A stretch of 64,000 nucleotides of DNA from Nanobdellota archaeon (GTDB lineage Archaea > Nanobdellota > Nanobdellia > Pacearchaeales > GW2011-AR1), in NCBI GenBank assembly GCA_038045945.1, contig JBBSXC010000001.1, forward strand, positions 1 through 64,000, given 5' to 3'. A program made the position numbers and the translations under genes. The notes below the pieces were generated by a model. That model had not been told where the DNA came from and did no database searches. It worked only from the letters and a program-made list of their open reading frames with translations. This document shows positions 1 through 9,490 of this stretch, one piece after another; position 1 is the stretch's first letter, and each line of letters opens with the position of its first letter.

Positions 1-690
1 CTCCAGTTGTTGGTCCGCCTTCCTCCTCTCCTTCTCCTCCTCCACTTCCCCCCGTTGTTGGTCCTCCTGGTGGTTCTCCCCCAGGTATTGGTGGCGTTCC
101 TCCTTCTCCCCCTTCACTTTCTTTTGGTACACATGTACATAATGTATCTACAACCTTGCATATTCCTTGACCTCCGTTTTGTAGGTTACATGTTAATGTG
201 CATGCTGCTACGTATGCTTCTCCTCCTATTATTGCTGCTTCTTCAGAGTTTATGTCTCCTCCTGATTGTCGATACTCATTTTTTGCTCCTATTGCAGCGT
301 TTTCTGCTCTTGTTCCGCAACCCACGTAATCATCGTCTCCTGTTGTTGGCCCATTTCCTGCGTCTGGTCCTCCACTTGTAGGTCCTCCTTCAGGTTCTCC
401 ACTAGGCTCGCCTCCACTTGGTGTGCTTGGTCCTCCAGCATCAGGTCCGCCAGTTGTAGGACCACCTTCCTCTCCTCCTCCCCCTTCTTTTGGAACGCAT
501 ATGCATTTAGAATTGCATGTTAATCCTTCTTCACAATTATTTGTTGGTATTAAACAAACAGGCCCTATTGCTATTCCGCATGATTCTCCTTCTTTACTTC
601 CTTGAGGTTTGTCTGGTTCGTCTCCTGTTGTTGGTCCTGGTCCTGCGTCTGGTCCTCCAGTTGTTGGTCCTCCAGTTGGTTCTGGTGTTG
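1..690 (-). repeat. Intragenic repeats encoding GGPT(T/S)G(GPDAG) linkers
   Basis: Recurrent plus-strand motifs such as ctccagttgttggtcc and cctgcgtctggtcctcca at about 1-17, 50-66, 335-385, 435-465 and 620-675. Confidence 0.8.
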
Positions 691-1936
691 CTTCACCACT
701 GCAAGTTATGCATTGTTTTGTTGATGGTCTTCTTTGAGGGTCTGCAGAAACCAAGCATGTTCCAACAGATTTTCTTGTTTGTCCCGGTAAGCATGTTCCG
801 TCGCATACTCCTCCCCCTGAACACTCTGCGCCCGGAGTTAATACTCCTCCAGCATCAGGATTTCCTGTTACTGGTCCTCCTCCTAAATCTCCATCATCTG
901 ATATTTTACAATAGCAGTCTTTACCACTAACTACGCATTGTCCTGCTTTGTTATCTTTAATGCATGAAGCTGAACAGACTTCTAGTTGAGCGCAACCAGT
1001 GTCACCATCCATTATTGTGTCACGATTAATAATTGGTTCTTCAACAGGACCTGCAGGTGTCGGCGTATAACCCTCAGGAGGACAAGCACATAAGTTTCCT
1101 TTTATTTGGCATGCTTCGCCATTCTCACACCTGCCGTTTTGTTTACAATATGAATCTAAAGTTTTACATGAAGCGCTGTCTTCACTGCCGCTCATTCTGC
1201 ATTGTTGGGCTAAGTCACTGTACTCATCGAGGTTGTTATGTTTACAATCAGTCCATGAGCCTTCAGTGTTAGCGTTAGCTCCCCCGCTCTTAACCCCTCC
1301 AGCTTGTTCTTGTCCTTGTATTTCTTTTGCTGGTGGACACACTCCGTTAGCGCCACATTGCATTTTCTCTTTTCCGTACGCTTCACCATTACATGTTACG
1401 CTTGCGTAAGTTCCAGCTATTTCTGCTTGAATTTGAGCTTTCTTTGTTCTTGATACTATTCCTCTTAAAGTTTTTAGGTCCTTATCAATAATTTTTTTCA
1501 TTGATGGAGATAAAGCGCCGTAACAACTATCGCCAGGATTAAGATTTGAGCCGGATGATTGAGGGGTTGAAGGTTGAGCATTTGAGGTTGGTGCTGATTT
1601 TTTTGGTGTAGTTTTAGGAGAAGTAGATTTTTTTGTTGTTGGAGCATTTTTTAGTAAACCATAATTAACCGATTCTTTATTTGCTGTCTTAAAGAATGAT
1701 GTTGATGCCGACTTAGGGGATAATAATACTTGTGTTGGTGATAAACAGTTTCCAAAGAAGCATGATTCACCAAATGTTGATTCTAAAAAGTTTGATATTG
1801 AGTTTTCTGATTCTTCATTAGTTTGTGCAGATACTAAGCTTGTAATAGAGAAAACTAGTGCTAATAGGATAATTGTTTGTAATAATTGGTAATTGCTTTT
1901 ATTAAAAAACTTCTTAGACACCTTTTTTTCTTTCAT
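1..1936 (-). CDS. Large secreted Cys-rich, Gly/Pro/Thr-repeat surface protein (partial, runs off the left edge)
   Basis: Manual translation from ATG at 1936 (MKEKKVSKKFFNKSNYQLLQTIILLALVFSITSLVSAQ...) stays open to base 1. It has a signal peptide and several Cys-rich modules separated by GGPTTG(GPDAG) linkers. Absent from the ORF track because its stop is outside the window. Confidence 0.85.
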   Translation of the reverse strand, partial: MKEKKVSKKFFNKSNYQLLQTIILLALVFSITSLVSAQTNEESENSISNFLESTFGESCFFGNCLSPTQVLLSPKSASTSFFKTANKESVNYGLLKNAPTTKKSTSPKTTPKKSAPTSNAQPSTPQSSGSNLNPGDSCYGALSPSMKKIIDKDLKTLRGIVSRTKKAQIQAEIAGTYASVTCNGEAYGKEKMQCGANGVCPPAKEIQGQEQAGGVKSGGANANTEGSWTDCKHNNLDEYSDLAQQCRMSGSEDSASCKTLDSYCKQNGRCENGEACQIKGNLCACPPEGYTPTPAGPVEEPIINRDTIMDGDTGCAQLEVCSASCIKDNKAGQCVVSGKDCYCKISDDGDLGGGPVTGNPDAGGVLTPGAECSGGGVCDGTCLPGQTRKSVGTCLVSADPQRRPSTKQCITCSGEATPEPTGGPTTGGPDAGPGPTTGDEPDKPQGSKEGESCGIAIGPVCLIPTNNCEEGLTCNSKCICVPKEGGGGEEGGPTTGGPDAGGPSTPSGGEPSGEPEGGPTSGGPDAGNGPTTGDDDYVGCGTRAENAAIGAKNEYRQSGGDINSEEAAIIGGEAYVAACTLTCNLQNGGQGICKVVDTLCTCVPKESEGGEGGTPPIPGGEPPGGPTTGGSGGGEGEEEGGPTTG

Positions 1937-1992
1937 GAGCTATCAGTTTGTTTAGTAATAACCCCTATATAAATATTATCGGCACTTGTTTT

Positions 1993-2529
1993 TTACTTGT
2001 TTATTATGTTTATTGATGCTTTTGATCCTATTGTTATTCCTTGTTTTTTCGCCATACCAGCGTTAATTTCTAAAACGTATAGTGCTGACTCATTATTTGT
2101 TATTGTTGGGCAAACTTCTCCTTTGCATGGTTGCGTGTTATTCGTATGGAATACTACTACACCGTTTTTGTCTAACCATAATATGTCTAGTGGTATTATC
2201 ATGTTTTTCATCCATATTCCGTGTTTTCCTTCTTCTTCGAATAAGAATAGCATTCCTTGGTCGTCTCTTATTCCTGTGTTGTACATTAGTCCTGCTTTTC
2301 TTTCTTCAGGTGTTTTTTGTAGGGATATTTGAAAGCATTCTCCTTGTTCATTAAAACATACTTTTCCGTCGTCAAAGTCTGATTGTAGTTGTTCTAAAGG
2401 TATAATGCTTTTTGTGTCTTTTTTCGATAATATTCCCCCGTAGTATAACCCTACAAATAATATTATTATTACGCATGCTAGTATTATTAGCATTCCGCTA
2501 ACGCTTCCTCTTTTTTGTTCTTTTTTCAT
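1993..2529 (-). CDS. DUF192 family membrane-anchored protein
   Basis: N-terminal TM helix; ERKAGLMY, GMLFLF, WMKNMIIPLDILWLD and YVLEINAG motifs. Confidence 0.9.
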   Translation of the reverse strand: MKKEQKRGSVSGMLIILACVIIILFVGLYYGGILSKKDTKSIIPLEQLQSDFDDGKVCFNEQGECFQISLQKTPEERKAGLMYNTGIRDDQGMLFLFEEEGKHGIWMKNMIIPLDILWLDKNGVVVFHTNNTQPCKGEVCPTITNNESALYVLEINAGMAKKQGITIGSKASINIINK

Positions 2530-2621
2530 TCTTGGCTTAGTTGCGGGTTAAATATAAACTTATCTTCCTCTTTTACCCTTTTTATGGAGGATTTTTAAAC
2601 ATTATTTACTACTCTTTTTTT

Positions 2622-3746
2622 ATGAAAAAGGTGGTTTATTCTCTTATTGCTATAATTATTATTCTTTTTTCTTTAATAATAATTTTGTTTAATAAGGGTT
2701 TTGTTGTTGGTAATTCTCCTCCAGATTGGTCTTCTTGTAAAGTTCTTCAAAATAATGGTGATGACAAGATTAGTGTTGTTTTTTTGTCTAGCGAGGCTAA
2801 TGCTAAAAAGTTTTCTGATTATTTGTTTTCTGTTGAGCCTTATAAGTCTCATCGTGAATACTTTAACATTTTTTATGTTGATAGCCCTATTACTTGTGAA
2901 ATTTATAATGGTGTTGCTGTTCTTTGTTATTCTAGAGATAACGTTAAGTTAGCTTCTGTTTGTCCTAATGACTACATTATTGCTGTTAAGGATGGTTATG
3001 ACAAGTCTGTTAGGAGTTCTACTTATATGAATTTTGTTACTCTTAATTCTGCTCATCAGCCTCTTGTTGTTTCTCACGAATTTTCTCATGCCTTAGCTAA
3101 TCTTGCTGACGAGTATGTTCCTGCTAGTATTCCTAAAGGTTCTTATAATTGTGTTTCTTCTTGTCAAGATTTTTCTGGCTTGGTTTGTTATCCTGGTTGT
3201 TCTAAGAGCGATCATTTTAGGTCTGTTGATTATGGTATTATGCGTTCTTTAACTGCTAGTGATTTTGGCGATTTTGATTCTCAAACCATTATTAGTAGTA
3301 TTAGTGATCAGTTGTTTAAGATTTCTAATGGCAGGGTTTCTTTGACAACTCATGCCGTTAGTGATTCTTTAAGTCCTGATTGTTCTTCACAAAAATATTA
3401 TCTTTTTGATGGTCATTATGATGATAATGGTGTAATGGTTATTGATGGTAAGTCTTTGGAGAGTGGTTGTGTTGGCGGGAGTGGTTTTGGTTATTATGAT
3501 TATAGTCTGTTCTTGGATGATGGCGAGCTTTATTCTGATGGTAGTTTTAATCCCGAGTTTATTATTGCTGAATCTCAAGATTCTGGTGACTCCCAAATTG
3601 TTGGCGATTATTTTGTTTCTGATAAACAGTTCTATCTTAAGGTCCCTGTTGTTGATAATTCTAGGTCTTTAGTTATTAGTAGTGGTGAAGAGGTTGTTTC
3701 TCAAGTTTATTTAAATGATGATTATTCGAGGTTTTGTAAAATATGA
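2622..3746 (+). CDS. Secreted zinc metalloprotease, M64 (IgA peptidase)-like
   Basis: N-terminal TM; HEFSHALANLADEY (HExxH...LADEY) and downstream IMR motif. Start moved to ATG 2622. Confidence 0.7.
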   Translation: MKKVVYSLIAIIIILFSLIIILFNKGFVVGNSPPDWSSCKVLQNNGDDKISVVFLSSEANAKKFSDYLFSVEPYKSHREYFNIFYVDSPITCEIYNGVAVLCYSRDNVKLASVCPNDYIIAVKDGYDKSVRSSTYMNFVTLNSAHQPLVVSHEFSHALANLADEYVPASIPKGSYNCVSSCQDFSGLVCYPGCSKSDHFRSVDYGIMRSLTASDFGDFDSQTIISSISDQLFKISNGRVSLTTHAVSDSLSPDCSSQKYYLFDGHYDDNGVMVIDGKSLESGCVGGSGFGYYDYSLFLDDGELYSDGSFNPEFIIAESQDSGDSQIVGDYFVSDKQFYLKVPVVDNSRSLVISSGEEVVSQVYLNDDYSRFCKI

Positions 3747-4192
3747 CGTTTTTAGGTGATAATCGTGGTGTTTCTCAAATTGTTACTACTGTTCTTCTTT
3801 TGTTTATAGTTGTTGCTTTGGTTTCTATAGTTTTTGTTTTTGTTCTTAATTATTCTGCTCCTTTGAGTCTTTCTCCTCAATCCTGTATTGATATGCAGAA
3901 TAATCCTCCAATAACTGTTAATTCTGCTTGTTACAACTCTGCTAGTGATAATGTTGAGCTCATGTTGTCTCGTGGTGTTGATGATTACAGTATTAGTTCT
4001 TTGAAGTCTTCTATTATTTATGATTCTCATTCTTCTTCTTGGTCTTGTGACCCAGCATGTTCTTCTTGTGTTATTCTTCCTACTGGTCTAACTAAGTATT
4101 ATTATATTTATTCTTCTGATAAGCCTAATAGTTTAGAATTAGTCATTAATGATTGTTCGACAGTTTTAGTTAAAAGTATTAGAGACTGTTAG
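3743..4192 (+). CDS. Archaeal type IV pilin-like protein (class III signal peptide)
   Basis: NRG|VSQIVTTVLLLFIVVALVSIVF prepilin-like N-terminus and a Cys-containing globular domain. Confidence 0.75.
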   Translation: MTFLGDNRGVSQIVTTVLLLFIVVALVSIVFVFVLNYSAPLSLSPQSCIDMQNNPPITVNSACYNSASDNVELMLSRGVDDYSISSLKSSIIYDSHSSSWSCDPACSSCVILPTGLTKYYYIYSSDKPNSLELVINDCSTVLVKSIRDC

Positions 4193-4202
4193 GAAATACC
4201 TG

Positions 4203-4781
4203 TTAGGCATCAACGGGGCCAATACTGACTTTTTTGTAACAGTAACATGGTGCTCCTTCTTCGTATTTGTCTAAAGGAAAAAAGCCTGTAGTATAACAAT
4301 ACTGGCCATTTGGGCACTCAGGATTATTAGAACATGAAGAACCCGCTGCTAAACTACCACTATCACTTTTTTCGCCGCCACTGCAAACGTTTCCTCTAAT
4401 CCACTTTGATGCACCTAAAAACAAGTTGTTTACTTGATAAATCTGTTCATTGATCATGTTAAAGTTTGTTGTTACTTGATAAGTTTTTTGTTCTTCTTGT
4501 AATAGTTGTGTGTATTCAACTAGGTTATCATGACCCCAAATAGTTGTTGTATCAAAAGTTCTTATTAGTCCATCATTGTTTATTATTACTATACTTAAAT
4601 AAGGGTTTTCTGATAATAGTTTATCAAATTCTTCGTAACTAGTTGTTTGAGTATTTTCCGGACTTAATTTTACATTAGATTCATTTGATGGATAATTCAT
4701 GTTTACTAATAATATGAATATTACTAGTATTGATAACCCTATAAATGTTCTAAAAGCTCTATTTTGTTTTTCACTCACCAT
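4203..4781 (-). CDS. Membrane-anchored hypothetical protein with Cys-rich C-terminus
   Basis: TM helix followed by VKLSPE; CSNNPECPNGQYCY...CYCY. Confidence 0.7.
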   Translation of the reverse strand: MVSEKQNRAFRTFIGLSILVIFILLVNMNYPSNESNVKLSPENTQTTSYEEFDKLLSENPYLSIVIINNDGLIRTFDTTTIWGHDNLVEYTQLLQEEQKTYQVTTNFNMINEQIYQVNNLFLGASKWIRGNVCSGGEKSDSGSLAAGSSCSNNPECPNGQYCYTTGFFPLDKYEEGAPCYCYKKVSIGPVDA

Positions 4782-4839
4782 TTTTTTATTATCTTTACAT
4801 TAATTTCTAACTATTTAAAAGTGCTTGTTTTTTCTAGAA

Positions 4840-5262
4840 TTATTCTTCTTTTGCTTCGCTTGCTGGCTTTGCTTCTTCTTTTGCTTTGTTTTGTTCTGGG
4901 AATAATTCTGTTAGTTTTTTGTTTCCGTGTTTTACTACTTTCATGTTTATTTGCATTGTGTCTTCGCTTATTATTCCCCCGCGTAAAGTTTTTCTTAGGC
5001 GTAGTCCATGCGGTGATGCTGTTTTCATTCCGAATCCTCTTGTTAGTAGTCTTTTTGTTAGCATTGGGGAGTCTATTTCTTTCATTCCTGGGAATCCTGC
5101 TTTGTCGCTTGTTCCTGTTATTTCTAGTTCGTATCCTTCCCAGTCTTCTTTTATCTCTTTACCACTGACTTTTTCTCCTATTTTTTTACCTATTAAGTGT
5201 TCGCTTTCTAGCTCTGCTCTCCATGCTTTTGTTTTATCGCTTATGTTTAGTTTGAATGCCAT
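4840..5262 (-). CDS. rps6e: 30S ribosomal protein S6e
   Basis: FKLNISD, LIGKKIGE, GYELEITGTSDKAGFP, GLRLRKTLRG and QINMKV motifs. Confidence 0.95.
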   Translation of the reverse strand: MAFKLNISDKTKAWRAELESEHLIGKKIGEKVSGKEIKEDWEGYELEITGTSDKAGFPGMKEIDSPMLTKRLLTRGFGMKTASPHGLRLRKTLRGGIISEDTMQINMKVVKHGNKKLTELFPEQNKAKEEAKPASEAKEE

Positions 5263-5335
5263 TGTATTGTTGTAAGAAAATGGGGCTTTTTAAAGTTTTA
5301 CTTCAATTTTTGCTCATTATTTAGCATCTTTAGGC

Positions 5336-5647
5336 CTAGTTTGTTTCTGGCTTAGTGCATACTGTGCATTGTTTGTTTTTGTGTAAATAATCGATTATTG
5401 GTATGCTGTCTATTAATTTTAGGTTGCAAAAGCCTTCTGGTGAACCAGGTGTTGCTATTTCTCCTTGCCCACATTCATTAGTGCATGATCCTTTTTCGCA
5501 GTAGTTTTCTTCTGGGCTTAAGTATACTGTTTCTTCTGCTAATAAAATGTTTATTAGTGTTCCTACAGTTAGTGCTAATAGTATTATTGATACTGCTAGT
5601 TTTATGTAATTTCTTCTTTTCTTTTGTTTGTTTTCTTTTTTTATCAT
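5336..5647 (-). CDS. Small membrane-anchored Cys-rich protein
   Basis: Basic N-terminus, TM helix, VYLSPEENYC, six Cys. Confidence 0.7.
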   Translation of the reverse strand: MIKKENKQKKRRNYIKLAVSIILLALTVGTLINILLAEETVYLSPEENYCEKGSCTNECGQGEIATPGSPEGFCNLKLIDSIPIIDYLHKNKQCTVCTKPETN

Positions 5648-5654
5648 CGTTTTT

Positions 5655-6284
5655 TTATTCTATTCTGTTTGTTTCTTTTATTAGTATCGCTGTGTATATT
5701 ATTATTCCTACTTCTAATATTTTTGATATTATGTCAATTACCCCTACTCCTTCAGCTACTCCTGCTTGCGGGCCTAATGGTATTCCTATTGTTCTTGTTA
5801 TTATGTATAAAGTTATTATTAGTATGTTCCCTATTATTGCTGTCCAGTAATATGTCATTATTGTTTTTCTTTTTATTCTCTTTTTTCCTCTTGCTCCTAT
5901 TATTAGTATTATTCCGTAAATTATTTGTAGCATTGCTGCCGTTATGAAGAACCATCCGTAAAGGTACCATTCTGCGAAGTGTGCCCTTATGTAAGTTGCA
6001 TGTATTAGTCCTGTTGCTATTGATAGTGTTGCTGTTAGAAGTAGTAGTGGCCTTATTTTTATTCTTTGTAGTTTTTCGTTATTGCTTTGTATTATTAGTG
6101 TTAGTCCGGAGAATATTCCTATTAGTCCGAATATTATGTTTTCTATGTGTGTTCCGACTGTTTCTTCATCAACTTGTTCGTTTAATGCTTCTCCTACGTG
6201 GGCATGTGCTGCATGAGGTAGGAATAACCACAACATCCCTAAGAATAGTAGTAAGCACCCTATTGTGTAAATCGTCCTTTTCAT
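5655..6284 (-). CDS. Polytopic membrane protein with His motifs
   Basis: About 6 TM helices; PHAAHAH and IH...HFAEWYLYGWFF. Confidence 0.75.
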   Translation of the reverse strand: MKRTIYTIGCLLLFLGMLWLFLPHAAHAHVGEALNEQVDEETVGTHIENIIFGLIGIFSGLTLIIQSNNEKLQRIKIRPLLLLTATLSIATGLIHATYIRAHFAEWYLYGWFFITAAMLQIIYGIILIIGARGKKRIKRKTIMTYYWTAIIGNILIITLYIITRTIGIPLGPQAGVAEGVGVIDIISKILEVGIIIYTAILIKETNRIE

Positions 6285-6340
6285 TTTTAATGATTAATAA
6301 TTAGCATATAAAAGGTTAATTGTGATTCATTCTCCTTTTT

Positions 6341-8101
6341 TTAGAAGTTTTTTATTACGCTTATTTCTTGTAAAACTCTCTTCTCTCCATCAGTAAGTAT
6401 TTCTTTGTTTTCTTTTAGTTGTCTGTATTGTTTTGGTCCCATGTCTGCGTATAAGTACCGGAGTGTTTTTATGTGTCTTTCGTAGTTTTGGCCTGATACA
6501 CTTATTGCTATTTCCATTCCTTCTTTTGCTTCTTTTATTGTTTCTTTTCCCTCTTGTATTCCTTTTATTCTTCCTACTTCTTGTCCTTTTTCGTCAATTA
6601 GTTTAATGTTAGGTTTTATTTTTCCTCCGAGGATTTTTACTCCAAATATTGCTGGGTTTGAGTTTCTAAACACGTATTTGTGCAATATTTCTACTTTTGC
6701 TATTGATGATAATTCTAATAGTTTTTCTTTGAGCATTTCTGATCTTCTTTCTTCTTGCCATTTTATTAGTTCGTCTATTAATCTGTATATTACTTCTCCG
6801 CTTATTACTTTCACGTTTACTGGTAGTGTTTCTTTTGCTTCTGGGTCTAGGTATGAGTTGAATCCTAGTATTACTGAGTTTTCTGGGTTTTCTCCTTCTA
6901 GGTTTGCTCTTGCTGATATTACGTCTCCTTTGTTTATGCTTCCTATTCCTGTTTTTAGTATCTTGACGTTTGCTTGTCTTAGAAGTGTTAGTGCTGCTTC
7001 TAGTGATCCTAAACTTTCTGCTTTTAGTATTATGCCTTCGGCATCAGTTGTTATTATTTCTGTTAGTTCTTTGTTGAACTCTTTTGATATTTCTTCTAGG
7101 TTGTTTTCGTATATTAGAAATGGCATTCCTGGCACTACGTCTGCTTTTTCTATTAGTTGCATTCTTAGACCCGTTGATGCTTGTGCTTCTTTTACTGGTT
7201 TGTATTTGTTGCTTAGAGGTTGTATTTCTTCTAGTGTTCTTATTCTGCTTATTATTGGTTTTCCTAAAGAAAAGTTTGCTATTGCTATTTCGTCGTTTGC
7301 TTTTATCAATCCGTCGTAGAGTATTGTTTCTGCGTATTGTAAAGTTTTTTCTTTTTTTATTTCTAGGATTATTCCTTTAGGTCTATTTCCTAATTTTAGG
7401 TTTCCTTTCAAAAACTTTTGTGAAAGTCCACATAGCATCATTAGTAGCCCTGTTATTCCTTCCCCTGTTTTTGCGCTTATTGGTACTAATGCTACTTTTT
7501 TTGTGAAGTCGCTTAGGTTGTAGTATAGTTCGCTTTCCAGCCCATGGCTTGATAGTGATGCCATGAATGTGTATAGTTTTTCTTCGAATGCTATTTTTGT
7601 GTGTTGTGCTTGTGACTCAATGTTTTTTTTCATGTCGTCGTTTTGTTTTCTCCATCCGCTTACGTTGTCTACTTTGTTTAGTGCTATTATGAATGGTGTT
7701 TTGTTTGTTTTGAATAGTTGTATTACTTCTGCTGTTTGTGGTTTTATTCCTTCGTTTATGTCAACTACTAGTATTGCTAAGTCTGCAAGTCCTCCTCCTC
7801 TTTTTCTCAAATTTGTGAATGCTGCGTGTCCTGGTGTGTCTATGAATAAGAATCCTGGTATTTCTAGTAGAACATCGTTTTTTCCTGCGAATGCCGGACA
7901 ATTTTCTATTATTTTTTCTCTAGGCATTAATGTAAAACTTATTTTTTGTGTTATTCCCCCAGCTTCTCCTGATGCTACGCTTGTCCCCCTCATTTTATCT
8001 AGCAGGCTTGTTTTTCCGTGGTCTACGTGCCCTGCCACCGTTACTATTGGCCTGCGTATTTTTTCTTTTTCTTCATTTTGATTGTTATGTTCGTTTGTCA
8101 T
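6341..8101 (-). CDS. infB: Translation initiation factor aIF5B (IF-2)
   Basis: IRRPIVTVAGHVDHGKTSLLD, EAGGITQ, DTPGHAAF, NKVD and GSLEA. Confidence 0.97.
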   Translation of the reverse strand: MTNEHNNQNEEKEKIRRPIVTVAGHVDHGKTSLLDKMRGTSVASGEAGGITQKISFTLMPREKIIENCPAFAGKNDVLLEIPGFLFIDTPGHAAFTNLRKRGGGLADLAILVVDINEGIKPQTAEVIQLFKTNKTPFIIALNKVDNVSGWRKQNDDMKKNIESQAQHTKIAFEEKLYTFMASLSSHGLESELYYNLSDFTKKVALVPISAKTGEGITGLLMMLCGLSQKFLKGNLKLGNRPKGIILEIKKEKTLQYAETILYDGLIKANDEIAIANFSLGKPIISRIRTLEEIQPLSNKYKPVKEAQASTGLRMQLIEKADVVPGMPFLIYENNLEEISKEFNKELTEIITTDAEGIILKAESLGSLEAALTLLRQANVKILKTGIGSINKGDVISARANLEGENPENSVILGFNSYLDPEAKETLPVNVKVISGEVIYRLIDELIKWQEERRSEMLKEKLLELSSIAKVEILHKYVFRNSNPAIFGVKILGGKIKPNIKLIDEKGQEVGRIKGIQEGKETIKEAKEGMEIAISVSGQNYERHIKTLRYLYADMGPKQYRQLKENKEILTDGEKRVLQEISVIKNF

Positions 8102-8162
8102 TGTTATGTTATCAAAGGTGACTATAAAAATATTTATAAGCCAACAATTTTTTGTTAAGCTT

Positions 8163-8531
8163 ATGGATCTTGTTAGTCGTGTTATTGAGGCAGCTGGTAA
8201 GAATAATATTGTTTCTATTTCTGCTCTTTCTCCTCAGGCAGTCGTTGTTAATAGTGATTCTGGCGAATTTGATGTTTATTTTAGTCTTGGTGCTTACCAT
8301 CTTCATAACCCTAAACTTTGGAGGAATGGTAAGGATAGTTTGGCTTTTCCTGACAGCTTGAGAGGTCTAGAACTTGGTACATTACCAGGTACTTTTTTTG
8401 GTGAAAGAGTCTGTAGTAGTATCCCTATAGCTTTAAAGTATGCTAAGGAACACTTATCTACAGTTCACAATCAAGACGAATTTTTTAAGAAGCCATTAAT
8501 TGTTTACGAAAACTTTTCTTATTGTGGTTAA
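8163..8531 (+). CDS. Hypothetical protein
   Basis: ORF from ATG 8163 after a TATA-like tttataa; no recognisable motif. Confidence 0.6.
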   Translation: MDLVSRVIEAAGKNNIVSISALSPQAVVVNSDSGEFDVYFSLGAYHLHNPKLWRNGKDSLAFPDSLRGLELGTLPGTFFGERVCSSIPIALKYAKEHLSTVHNQDEFFKKPLIVYENFSYCG

Positions 8532-8560
8532 GTAAGGCTAACAATTAAAAAGAAATCTCT

Positions 8561-9400
8561 TTATCTTCCACGCCTTCTTCTCTTTCCATGTTTAGATCTT
8601 TCTCTTTCTTCTTTTTCTCTTGTAGCACCAATTATTTCTGATAATTCTTGGTATGATTGGAATGAGGATAGTATTCTTCCGCTTACCATTTTTGCCCATG
8701 GACCTAAGTATACTCCTGGCTCTTCCTCTTCTATCATCATTCCCGCATTGAATACTTCTACTAATCTTTCTGCTGGTGCCATCTCACTTGTTATCGATTC
8801 ATCACCAACCATTTTTATTACTGTTGAATCAGTTTCTAATATGTATACTGCTCCCATTATTCCCCTCTCTAAGTCTTCCTCATCTAATCCGGATTTTTTA
8901 GCGTTTTCTTCGTTAATGTACCCTACTAGTTTACTGTCTAAAAATTTTCCATTCCCCTCCAAGGTTTCATCTACCACTCTCCCTATTGCTCTATACACTA
9001 AGCTTTCTCCTAGAAACCTCCTGTTATTTTCTCCCGGAGTATCGCTTAAGTGGTCTGAAACTTTTATGTCTGCTCTTATACCAAAGCCCCATAATCCCCT
9101 GAGGGGCGTTCTTCTCTCTTCGTAACTTTCACAATGTCTGTAAATACATACTTGTGAGGTTTTTGGATTAATTATTATTATGTAAGGAGCTAATTGTTTG
9201 TACTCTAATACTTCATCCTCTGGCGCTTGTATTCTTAATGATTCTTTTTCTCTAAATCTGAATCCTGACCCGAAAGATAATAATTCTTCTATCTGAGGTA
9301 TTCCTGATTCTTCAACTTTTCTAAAACCGTTGAACGGTTCTCCTCCCGAGAATACTGTTTTTGTTGGCACTACTAATACTTTACTATCAGAGTCACTCAT
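8561..9400 (-). CDS. Divergent NUDIX-like predicted phosphoesterase (COG4112-like)
   Basis: VLVVP, YKQLAPYIII and LVGYINEE resemble the family; the Nudix box is degenerate (RVVDET). Confidence 0.55.
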   Translation of the reverse strand: MSDSDSKVLVVPTKTVFSGGEPFNGFRKVEESGIPQIEELLSFGSGFRFREKESLRIQAPEDEVLEYKQLAPYIIIINPKTSQVCIYRHCESYEERRTPLRGLWGFGIRADIKVSDHLSDTPGENNRRFLGESLVYRAIGRVVDETLEGNGKFLDSKLVGYINEENAKKSGLDEEDLERGIMGAVYILETDSTVIKMVGDESITSEMAPAERLVEVFNAGMMIEEEEPGVYLGPWAKMVSGRILSSFQSYQELSEIIGATREKEERERSKHGKRRRRGR

Positions 9401-9457
9401 GTATATACCACGAAAGAAGAATATTTAATAATTTGTTCACTACAAACACCATTAAAA

Positions 9458-9490
9458 AATACTTATAAATGACATTTCAATAGCTTTTTT
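9458..9490 (+). promoter_or_regulatory. Archaeal BRE/TATA promoter for a leaderless dus transcript (representative of many in the window)
   Basis: aaaaatacttataaat about 23 nt upstream of the ATG. The same spacing recurs before many genes (e.g. 28141, 33959, 36767, 39623, 45252). Confidence 0.6.

Noticed and set aside
7-1272. Plus-strand Leu-rich ORFs (7-381, 266-523, 423-605, 517-930, 1033-1272)
   Set aside because: They are antisense shadows of the real minus-strand surface protein gene 1-1936.
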